A stretch of DNA of 64,000 bases from NCBI GenBank assembly GCA_963703315.1, contig OY969811.1, positions 2,752,001-2,816,000 on the forward strand, read 5' to 3'. Shown piece by piece: positions 43,351 through 51,442 of this stretch (position 1 is the stretch's first letter; every line of letters starts with the position of its first letter). The stretch is from an uncultured cyanobacterium. Its GTDB lineage: Bacteria > Cyanobacteriota > Cyanobacteriia > Pseudanabaenales > Pseudanabaenaceae. The translations under genes were made by a program, and so were the position numbers. Under the pieces are notes generated by a model. That model saw only the letters and a program-made list of their open reading frames with translations. It had not been told where the DNA came from and did not search any database.

Positions 43351-43638
43351 TTATTTCAGACGATGCAGTTTAGAGGGTGGTAATAGCTTCCGCTCTTGGA
43401 CAACTTTAGGACGTGGCGATCGCACATAAAAGATTTTACGTCCTGTTGTCTCATTGACCCAACGCGCAAAGCGATTCCAGATTTTTTCTGATAGGTATTT
43501 TTGAGCAACGATCGCTAATCCAATGACTATGGCGATCGGAAATACAGAGTCAAAGGGATTGCCATCACGACTGCCTATAAACAGCATCACAACTGCGGAA
43601 ATCAGTGCTGATATGATCAAAAATTGAAATTTAGACAT
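43351..43638 (-). CDS. small hypothetical membrane protein
   Basis: Two hydrophobic helices and a basic tail; co-oriented between thrB and bvdR. Confidence 0.7.
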   Translation of the reverse strand: MSKFQFLIISALISAVVMLFIGSRDGNPFDSVFPIAIVIGLAIVAQKYLSEKIWNRFARWVNETTGRKIFYVRSPRPKVVQERKLLPPSKLHRLK

Positions 43639-43670
43639 AATGGTTCCTCAACTATAGAGTTCATTTATTG

Positions 43671-43729
43671 GCTAAGGAATAATTTTGTGTGGCGCGGCGT
43701 AGCTGCGCCACACAAAATTATTCCTTAGC
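43671..43729. repeat. long palindrome overlapping the thrB stop
   Basis: GCTAAGGAATAATTTTGTGTGGCGCG-GCGTAGC-TGCGCCACACAAAATTATTCCTTAGC. Confidence 0.85.
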
Positions 43730-44633
43730 GACTTGTGAAGGTTGTACCATCTTTGGCGATCGCTAGACATTTTGTTATAGCCTTGACCCCAATTGATTGC
43801 CATGCTTGTTGCATTGCTTGGGCGACTATCTCTATTGTACCCACTGGGGCTAAAGAAAGTAGTGTAGGACCTGCGCCGCTAATTACCATGCCGTATGCTC
43901 CTGACGAGATCGCTGCCGTTTGCACCTCTGCCATACCGACAATAAGGCTTTCGCGATAGGGCTGATGTAGTCGATCTTGCAGTCCTGCCCTTAGCCAATC
44001 CACATTTCCTGTAGAAATTCCATGACTGAGGAGTGCCAAATGGGAAGCATTAAAAATCGCATCATGCATTGAAACTTGTTTTGGCAAAACTTGTCGCGCT
44101 TTGGCTGTCGATAACTCAAAGTCAGGAATTGCTACAGCGATCGCAATATCTTCATGCCAGTTTAAATCGCAAAATTCCCAGCCTTCAGACTGATTTGATG
44201 CCATCAGTTGACAACCACCTAATACGGCGGGCGCAACATTATCGGGATGTCCTTCCATCGCGATCGCCAAATCCAGTAATTCTCCACGCTCAAGCGGTGA
44301 ACCAGCTAACAAGTTTGCGCCAAATAGACCGCCTACAATGGCAGTTGCCGAGCTACCCAGTCCTCTCGATAAGGGGATTTTGGTATCAGTATGCAAGGTG
44401 ATCGCAGGGATGGGGCGATCGATATGCTGATAAAGCTTGACAATACCTTGATATACAAGGTTAGTTTCGTCTCGTTCTACCTTGTCTGCGCCTTCACCCG
44501 ATGCTGTAATCCGCAATTCATCAGACAGGGAAAATTCAAAATGGTTATATAGCGACAGGGCTGCACCGAGGCAATCGAACCCAGGACCGAGGTTGCCTGT
44601 TGTTGCAGGAACGGAAACTTCAAAAATGGTCAT
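43725..44633 (-). CDS. thrB: homoserine kinase
   Basis: VPATTGNLGPGFD, PLSRGLGSSA, EGHPDNVAP, ISGAGPT. Confidence 0.97.
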   Translation of the reverse strand: MTIFEVSVPATTGNLGPGFDCLGAALSLYNHFEFSLSDELRITASGEGADKVERDETNLVYQGIVKLYQHIDRPIPAITLHTDTKIPLSRGLGSSATAIVGGLFGANLLAGSPLERGELLDLAIAMEGHPDNVAPAVLGGCQLMASNQSEGWEFCDLNWHEDIAIAVAIPDFELSTAKARQVLPKQVSMHDAIFNASHLALLSHGISTGNVDWLRAGLQDRLHQPYRESLIVGMAEVQTAAISSGAYGMVISGAGPTLLSLAPVGTIEIVAQAMQQAWQSIGVKAITKCLAIAKDGTTFTSR

Positions 44634-44750
44634 GTTGAAAATCTAAAATATGCTGGAGCCAAGAAACGTGAGTTAATCTCCGTCAACGTAGGACATTATA
44701 GCTATCGGTATGCTTATTACAGCAATTTTCGGGCAAACAAATGCATTTCC

Positions 44751-46163
44751 TTAATGAAGCGATCGCCATGTTTCTAAAAAATCATTAATTTCTTGCGTCA
44801 ACCATTCCTTCTCAATTCGGTTCAATCCATCACCAAATTTATGAGAATAAACACCTTGTTGGAGACATAATGCCATAACAGGCTGATTGTTTACCTCATA
44901 AGAACTCTTCATTTCAACCCGTCTTAAATCTTTGGTTTTGCCCTGTACATGGCGCTTTATCCCTAAAACGTCCCAATCAATGCTGAAACTGCGATCGCCG
45001 ATGACTAGATGCACCTTCCCGAATACATTCGATAAAGCGGCATAAGCCATCGCAATTCCTATAATCCAAAATGGAATTGAAAAAAGCACCATAAACAATC
45101 CTGCCCTAGAAGCTCCTGCTGTCCAAAAGACCAGAAATGCATTCCAGAAAATTGCAAAGGTTAATAGACTCGATCCTTCGCCACGCCAACCCGCAGGAGG
45201 AATATGAATTTCTAATAGGTTGTCAGTTTTGTTTATTTCGATCCGACTGCCTAGAGGCTTGTCATAATGACGATTGCTAATTGGTTGAGCGCCTGTACGG
45301 TTGAGCAATTGCATAATATCAAGATCTCTAATCCGACTTTCTAGGGATGGAGATGTTTGATTCTGTAAGGCTTTTAGAGATTGTCTCGCACTGCTAAAAC
45401 GATCCTCGATCGCAGGTTCAATCATTTTGTCGAGCCAGTCAGCAAAGTGTGGCGAAATATTTACTGAATCCCGAAAACTGATTTTAAATCTAATCTCAGG
45501 TAAATCCGATGGCGATCGCCCTGTTAATAAAAATAAAATTGTCGCCCCTAGCGCATACAAGTCCGTTGCAGGTACAGCCTTACCACGAAACTGTTCAGGA
45601 GGCATATAGCCATAGGTTCCGACCACCGTACTACCCCCGATTTGAGTATTGCGATAAGTATCTTGCACTGCCCCAAAATCTACGAGCGCGATCTTGTGAT
45701 TAGGTTGCAGAATTAGGTTTTGCGGTTTGATATCACGATGTATGACGGGCGGCTTGAGTTCATGGAGATAGATCAATACATCGAGAACTTGCTCCACAAT
45801 TTTTTTAATATCTGCTTCAGTGCCATGCCAACCGTCCGCGATCGCCTGTGCTAATGATTTTCCCTCTACTAATTGCTGCACGATGTAAAAATCGCGATCG
45901 CTTGCCGTATCAATTTGAAAATAGTCTAAATAGCGGGGAATTGCGGGATGATCGAGTTGGGAGAGTACCTTAGCTTCACGCTCGAATAATTCTAATATTT
46001 TCCAATCATTCATGCGGCGCAAAGATAGAGCCTTGAGAGCAACGCGATCGCCTGTTTGTGAATCTAGCGCCATATAGGTAATGCCAATGCCACCTTGTCC
46101 CAAAACGTTAGCAATACGATAACGAGACTGGATAATTTCGCCAATTTGATGTATCTCTGACAC
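44751..46163 (-). CDS. Ser/Thr protein kinase with C-terminal membrane domain
   Basis: LGQGGIG, VALK, HRDIKPQN, DFG, GYMPPE; start placed at GTG 46163. Confidence 0.92.
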   Translation of the reverse strand: MSEIHQIGEIIQSRYRIANVLGQGGIGITYMALDSQTGDRVALKALSLRRMNDWKILELFEREAKVLSQLDHPAIPRYLDYFQIDTASDRDFYIVQQLVEGKSLAQAIADGWHGTEADIKKIVEQVLDVLIYLHELKPPVIHRDIKPQNLILQPNHKIALVDFGAVQDTYRNTQIGGSTVVGTYGYMPPEQFRGKAVPATDLYALGATILFLLTGRSPSDLPEIRFKISFRDSVNISPHFADWLDKMIEPAIEDRFSSARQSLKALQNQTSPSLESRIRDLDIMQLLNRTGAQPISNRHYDKPLGSRIEINKTDNLLEIHIPPAGWRGEGSSLLTFAIFWNAFLVFWTAGASRAGLFMVLFSIPFWIIGIAMAYAALSNVFGKVHLVIGDRSFSIDWDVLGIKRHVQGKTKDLRRVEMKSSYEVNNQPVMALCLQQGVYSHKFGDGLNRIEKEWLTQEINDFLETWRSLH

Positions 46164-46266
46164 AAATTTTTCCCTTGAGTGCGACCAAAAAACGCAGTAA
46201 AGGCAATGCATGAATTTGCCCTTACTACATTTTATAGCTGTCGCCAGTCTTGTTAAAACAAAAAAC

Positions 46267-46305
46267 AGAAGCGAGTTGCGGCGCTTTGCGCCGCAACTCG
46301 CTTCT
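46267..46305. repeat. palindrome (REP/SDR-like)
   Basis: AGAAGCGAGTTGCGGC-GCTTTGC-GCCGCAACTCGCTTCT. Confidence 0.85.
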
Positions 46306-46315
46306 AAATCATGAT

Positions 46316-48985
46316 TTAAGCGTGAAGCCAAGCTTCAGTGGCAATTCCTAATTTGCTAGCGGTATCAATTAACTGATGTAGCTCTAAATTAGAAATACTT
46401 TCACAGAGATTGACCTCAATGTGAATCGGTTGTTTTTCGACAGATTCTAAATCGAGAATTTGTCTAGCAAGCACGCATTGGGGAGCAATCCGTTTAAAGA
46501 GATAATTCAGGAAAGCCTCTTGAGATAGATTCAGATCAAGTTTCAGATTTAGGCGATCGCTAATTGCTAAAGACTCCTCAATTTGATTGAGATAGTTAAA
46601 TAGCGATTTTTCATCAATTTCTTGAAGTTGCGAAAGTTGATTAATCTGGCTCAAAATATAGTTTTCCAGAATCTTGGCATCTTCCTCATGGGTAAACTTG
46701 CAACCGAGATTAAGAGCTTCGATCGCCACCGCATCTAGTCCCACATTCGGCAGTGATGCACCAGTCTCTAAGCGCGTCAGTTCCTCGGTGAGGCGATTGT
46801 TCAGTACGATATCAGCCGCAACTTGGAGTTCACGCGGCACGGGTAGATCATCACGACGGAAGGAAATCAAAATTCCATAATTATCGCGATAGACCTGTTC
46901 GTATAACTGATCAAGTCTAGTCAGCGTCTCATCCGCCAGCATTCGCAAAATTTTGTGCCGTTCTTCTGCAAAGAGATGATGCAGATTGAACTGTTCACCG
47001 CTAAAGTTGCTTGCCATTGCCAAGATGACTGACGCTGTATTCGCTTGTTTGAGAACCTTAAATAAGGTTGCCTTGATCTCCTCATATTCGCGCCTTCCTG
47101 TGAAGGGTTGAATGCAGCAATGGAAGTCATCACCACCCAGATGCAGCACCGCAAAAATATAATTAACGGATTCTTGGGTAATTCCTGAGACTAGTTGAAT
47201 TTGCCCGATCGCTAAGGACATCGAACCAATTCGTTGCAGTTGATAATCCTGCTGTTGAATTTGGTAACAATAGATTTGTTGCGATCGCGCATAATTCCCC
47301 AAAGTCGAACTGAGAGCATATTGAGCCGCCACTTGAGCCAGACTAATCCGATTGGTGACGACCTGTTCTCGATACATACCCTCACCATCGCGAAACTCAA
47401 CAAGGTTACTCGGCGCTTTTGCCATGCGCTTAATAAACTCATCCTCTAGCAACACACCTGCGACATCGGCGGCGAGCTCGATCGCTCTGGCGGCATAGCG
47501 CAAAATCTGCACAGTTTCAGGACGCGATAATTCCTCAAAGAACCAGCCACAACTAGTAAACATCAGCAAGGCATGGCGCTGCATTTCCAACAAACGCAGA
47601 GCATCGATTCTCTGAGCCGAGGAGGTGACTTTACCGCCACATTGCTGTTCAAAGAACTTCTCTAATACTGGTGAATGTGCCGCAATGCCATCGCGTAGCG
47701 AATATTGCAACACGTCAATATAGCGATCGCGAGCTTCCCAAGGATCGTTAAAATATTTGCGTCCAATGTCCACATAAACTGTGGCAAGGCGATCGCGCAA
47801 CCAGTTGAGACTATCGCGCAAGGGTCGCCGCCAAAGTTGCTGATAGGTGGAGCCTTCACCGCCACAGGTACAACCACCTTGCCAGCGATCGACACCATGA
47901 GCGCAACTCCAAGCCGTCACTGACTTAAGTTCGGCTTCGTAGGTGGGCGGAAAAATACTCAGATAATGAGCATAATTAGTCACTGTCCAGCCGCGTTTCG
48001 GAAATTCTTCGACAAAAGCATAGGAAAGAGTTTTTTCAGTGAAGTGCTTGTGATGCCCGAAGGTTTCGCCATCGGTTGCGACTGATACCATTTGATGCGA
48101 ACGACCATCATTTCGCACCGCTTGACTAAGACGCTTTGCGAAATTGTGAGAACTGCCTAAGAGATCCCCAAATCCCATATCCCGCGAGATCGGACCATCA
48201 TAGAAAAACACATCAATGTAAGCATCGGTGTCAGGCGGCAAATGGAACTGCCCTAGTTCTGACACTTTACCCGCGCTACTACTATGGCGACGCAAATAGC
48301 AACGATAGGGACGATTGGGATCAATCTGTGCGCCACCGACTTCTTCCCATGCAGGATTGGGATGATTTTCACTGGGCATAGGGCGACAGCGTTGTGCCTG
48401 TGAAGGAGCTAGCACAATAAATTTGATCCCCTCTAAAACCAGCGCCTCAAGGGTTTCATAATCAACGGCTGTTTCCGCTAGCCACATCCCTTCAGGTTCC
48501 CGCCCAAAACGGGATTTAAAATCTTCTTTACCCCAACGAATTTGGGTTAATTTATCCCGCCAATTGGCTAAGGGCATGATGATGTGGTTATAGACCTGTG
48601 CGATCGCATTGCCATGACCATTTAGGCGATCGGCACTGCGTTTGTCAGCATCCAGAATTGCTTGATAGGTATCGCGATCGTGAAATTCCATCCATGAGAG
48701 CAACGTGGGTCCCATGTTGAAACTCATGTACTCATAGTTATTGACAATCTTCACGATTTTGCCGTCATAACGCTCAATCCGTGAGAAGGCGTTAGGACGA
48801 TAGCATTCATGATGAATCCTCGCATTCCAGTCATGAAAAGGAGCGGCACTTTCTTGGCGCTCGATCGCATTGAGGTAAGGATTTTCACGCGGGGGCTGAT
48901 AAAAGTGACCGTGAATCGTAATATAAATTCCCGAATCAGTGGCACGCTGAACATCAGGTGGAGAAACAGAAGCAGCAACAGTCAC
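46316..48985 (-). CDS. glycoside hydrolase family 57 protein with DUF3536 domain
   Basis: IHGHFYQPPRENP, GMWLAETA, ATDGETFGHH, WSCAHGVDRW, MFTSCGWFF. Confidence 0.92.
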   Translation of the reverse strand: MTVAASVSPPDVQRATDSGIYITIHGHFYQPPRENPYLNAIERQESAAPFHDWNARIHHECYRPNAFSRIERYDGKIVKIVNNYEYMSFNMGPTLLSWMEFHDRDTYQAILDADKRSADRLNGHGNAIAQVYNHIIMPLANWRDKLTQIRWGKEDFKSRFGREPEGMWLAETAVDYETLEALVLEGIKFIVLAPSQAQRCRPMPSENHPNPAWEEVGGAQIDPNRPYRCYLRRHSSSAGKVSELGQFHLPPDTDAYIDVFFYDGPISRDMGFGDLLGSSHNFAKRLSQAVRNDGRSHQMVSVATDGETFGHHKHFTEKTLSYAFVEEFPKRGWTVTNYAHYLSIFPPTYEAELKSVTAWSCAHGVDRWQGGCTCGGEGSTYQQLWRRPLRDSLNWLRDRLATVYVDIGRKYFNDPWEARDRYIDVLQYSLRDGIAAHSPVLEKFFEQQCGGKVTSSAQRIDALRLLEMQRHALLMFTSCGWFFEELSRPETVQILRYAARAIELAADVAGVLLEDEFIKRMAKAPSNLVEFRDGEGMYREQVVTNRISLAQVAAQYALSSTLGNYARSQQIYCYQIQQQDYQLQRIGSMSLAIGQIQLVSGITQESVNYIFAVLHLGGDDFHCCIQPFTGRREYEEIKATLFKVLKQANTASVILAMASNFSGEQFNLHHLFAEERHKILRMLADETLTRLDQLYEQVYRDNYGILISFRRDDLPVPRELQVAADIVLNNRLTEELTRLETGASLPNVGLDAVAIEALNLGCKFTHEEDAKILENYILSQINQLSQLQEIDEKSLFNYLNQIEESLAISDRLNLKLDLNLSQEAFLNYLFKRIAPQCVLARQILDLESVEKQPIHIEVNLCESISNLELHQLIDTASKLGIATEAWLHA

Positions 48986-49083
48986 GCAAATCTTCCCTTA
49001 TAAGGCAAACGACATCTAAACCATCTTGGCAGATTTTCCTAGTGGTTTGCAAGGAAGTATAGAAAAGTTTGAGAAACTAGAGC

Positions 49084-49187
49084 TAAGTATCTGAGCATAG
49101 TTAAAAACCAGAACCAAAACCTGTGGCGCACGCTGCGCGTGCGCCACAGGTTTTGGGATTGTATATTTAATTGCGCCCAGATACTTA
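49084..49187. mobile_element. 104-bp MITE-like repeat, copy 1
   Basis: Ends TAAGTATCTG../..CAGATACTTA, central hairpin CCAAAACCTGTGGCGCAC..GTGCGCCACAGGTTTTGG; near-identical copy at 60726-60829. Confidence 0.8.
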
Positions 49188-49289
49188 GATCTGTCGAGCC
49201 TGCTTTTGATGGCTAGGTTTCAAGTCTTGCGGTGCAACCCTTATGTCATAGACTGACTATAAAAATTGTTGAGAAACTATTTTTTGCAA

Positions 49290-49339
49290 AGGCGATCGCT
49301 TGATTGCTTGTTTACAGGTTTATGAGTATGCTGATCGCA
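49290..49339 (+). repeat. 50-bp direct repeat, left copy (starts with HIP1)
   Basis: AGGCGATCGCTTGATTGCTTGTTTACAGGTTTA...; 44/50 identical to 50544-50593. Confidence 0.85.
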
Positions 49340-49404
49340 TAGAGAATATTGCTAAAATATTCAGTAAATTCATCATTTCAGTGTATCGCTTGGAGAATCT
49401 GTGT

Positions 49405-49611
49405 ATGCTAACTAGACAAAGGCTTGAACTATTATCGGCAAGTGCTTGGGATGTTGCCATGAGTGAGATTAATAGTAGCAATCCAGAAAAGCTAAATCTC
49501 AGACGACAAAGAATCAATCAATTATTTACAACATGGGCTATGTTGGACAGTGAAGATGAACAGAAAGAAGCATTGAAAGTCATTGCATCTGTTGAAGGTG
49601 TTTCGATCTAA
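49405..49611 (+). CDS. small hypothetical protein, probable orphan antitoxin
   Basis: GGAG before ATG 49405; stop overlaps (TAATG) the start of a truncated PIN-like ORF. Confidence 0.55.
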   Translation: MLTRQRLELLSASAWDVAMSEINSSNPEKLNLRRQRINQLFTTWAMLDSEDEQKEALKVIASVEGVSI

Positions 49612-49676
49612 TGAGTCAGATTATCTTTTTGGATTCTACGCCTGTTGGATTAATTGCGAATCATTACGAATTCTAA
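49611..49676 (+). pseudogene. 5' stub of a PIN-like toxin gene
   Basis: MSQIIFLDSTPVGLIAN resembles a PIN N-terminus (hhhLDS/T); ends after 21 codons against the opposing PIN gene. Confidence 0.55.
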
Positions 49677-50119
49677 TAGGAAGAAGATTTTTCAGTTGCC
49701 CAGTCTTCAATTGATAAGTTTGGAATTTGTCCAAAATCCTTAGCATTGCGGGTAATTACAGTGGCGTTGATAGATAAGGCGATCGCGGCGATCCTTAAAT
49801 CTCTTGTCCCCAAACGCCTAAACTGGCGGCGCAAAATCTCAAACTGATTATAAGCTTTAGTGTCAAAACTAACTCTCTGTATAGTTTGGAAGAAATCCAA
49901 AGCTTTCTCAATCTCTGAATAGGCTAAAAGTAGTCTTGATGACTGGGAGGCTTGGCTATATTTATTAATTTCACTGAGCCATCCTTGACAAATCTCTTCA
50001 GCCGTTATGATTGAGATGGCTAGGTCATTTGGTTCGGTTTGAAATACGCGATCACAAACCAGATTATTTCCTTTGAGAAATAAAGAAGCATGATCGGTAT
50101 CAAGTATCAATAGACTCAA
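49673..50119 (-). CDS. VapC/PIN toxin
   Basis: LILDTDH, ITAEE, DLRIAAIAL, TRNAKDF..IPNLSIEDW. Confidence 0.9.
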   Translation of the reverse strand: MSLLILDTDHASLFLKGNNLVCDRVFQTEPNDLAISIITAEEICQGWLSEINKYSQASQSSRLLLAYSEIEKALDFFQTIQRVSFDTKAYNQFEILRRQFRRLGTRDLRIAAIALSINATVITRNAKDFGQIPNLSIEDWATEKSSSY

Positions 50120-50472
50120 GCGATTTTTTCCTCTTGATAGTCAATTTTGGTCTGTGAATCTAGTTCACGACGATGAGATTCAATGTTGGCTAGTACGGAG
50201 TCAAATAGCTGACTATTTTTATAAATTCCTGCGAACTTTCGCCAAGGATGTTCTTGTTTGGGAATTTCTAGTTCTAGAGATATGACTTCATTCTCTGATA
50301 AATTTGCAGTAATTAATCGATCTAATTCAGAAATAGCTGAGTGGCGATCGCTGCTAGTAACTCTATATTCAGGCAGTTCTAATGCTCTAGCGCTGACTCT
50401 ACCATCTTTTTCATTTTTGACTAAGACGTTAATAGACAGTTTAGTTTGTCCGTTAATCAGTTTAGCGTTCAT
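50116..50472 (-). CDS. antitoxin partner (HicB-like N-terminus)
   Basis: Overlaps the PIN start; EHPWRKFAG..FDSVL motif; start at ATG 50472. Confidence 0.72.
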   Translation of the reverse strand: MNAKLINGQTKLSINVLVKNEKDGRVSARALELPEYRVTSSDRHSAISELDRLITANLSENEVISLELEIPKQEHPWRKFAGIYKNSQLFDSVLANIESHRRELDSQTKIDYQEEKIA

Positions 50473-50543
50473 AAAATTTACCTTTGGCGATCGCATTGCT
50501 TACAATGCTTTATATTATGACACTGCTTAATGATTATGGGCAT

Positions 50544-50593
50544 AGGCGATCGCTTGATTGCTTGTTGACAGGTTTAGGTGTGTGGCGATCGCA
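50544..50593 (+). repeat. 50-bp direct repeat, right copy (HIP1 at both ends)
   Basis: AGGCGATCGCTTGATTGCTTGTTGACAGGTTTAGGTGTGTGGCGATCGCA. Confidence 0.85.
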
Positions 50594-50783
50594 ATAATTA
50601 CTCTATGAACTTTGTGAGCTTTTACATATTTTAAAAGTTTTTAATCCTTAGAAAATTTAGAAAAAAGGACATAAAAGTATTATCCTAAAAATAGTGGGTG
50701 TGATATTTTTTAGGGTTGGTGTTGCTCTAATTTCTGCAAATTTCTGGGGAATAGTCCTCAAAGTCTATTGAGAGTAAATCAAG

Positions 50784-51422
50784 ATGTCTATAAATAATAC
50801 TGAGATTCGTTTGCTTCTAAATCTATGGGATTTGGGGGAAGGTCAAGGCATGGTAAACAAGGGTAAGGTCTTACCGTCCTTTAGTGGAAAGGATAAGGAT
50901 ATTAAGAAGGCTGAGTATAAGAATGCTTTGCAGATTTTGATCGATGGTGGGGCGATCGCTGTGTCTACTAAGTATTCGCTGACAGATGCGGGTTTGCAGA
51001 GGTTGGCTGATGGTTTACGATCGCCTGATTTTAGTTTTGAGGGGGCAACGTTGGTCAGCAGCCGTTTGGCAAATGCGGCTTTGCGATGGTTTCAGCAAAA
51101 TTCCGATCAGGTAGTAAGTGTTGAGTCTGCGCCTAAGATTTCGTCTTACGATGAGTTTAAGGTTGTGGCTTTAGAAACTTATAAGCGTCTGAGCTATGAA
51201 TCTAATGTAAGTAAGCTCGTCCCTATCTATCAGATCCGCCGTGATATTGGCGATCGCGTGACTCGTACTCAGTTTAATGACTGGATGCTAGAGATGCATC
51301 GCACTGATGTTTTGCATTTGCATGATGGCGGTTCTTTGCAGGCAACGGAAGATCAAGCTAAGGACTCGATATATAGCGAGTTACTAAAAACTTACTACTT
51401 CAACGCCGAACTGTTTAACTAA
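50784..51422 (+). CDS. cyanobacterial winged-helix-like protein (RcaD-like)
   Basis: LLLNLWDLG..; C-terminal SYDEFK..LVPIYQIRR..TRTQFNDWMLEM resembles, from memory, RcaD-type proteins encoded upstream of ATPases. Confidence 0.6.
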   Translation: MSINNTEIRLLLNLWDLGEGQGMVNKGKVLPSFSGKDKDIKKAEYKNALQILIDGGAIAVSTKYSLTDAGLQRLADGLRSPDFSFEGATLVSSRLANAALRWFQQNSDQVVSVESAPKISSYDEFKVVALETYKRLSYESNVSKLVPIYQIRRDIGDRVTRTQFNDWMLEMHRTDVLHLHDGGSLQATEDQAKDSIYSELLKTYYFNAELFN

Positions 51423-51442
51423 TCATCCAACTTTTTCCCATC

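Noticed and set aside
46164..46331. N-terminal extension of the Ser/Thr kinase in the ORF track
   Set aside because: Runs through a palindromic repeat and overlaps the upstream gene; GTG 46163 is more plausible
49300..49404. TTG-start extension of the small ORF
   Set aside because: Begins inside the direct repeat; ATG 49405 has a GGAG upstream
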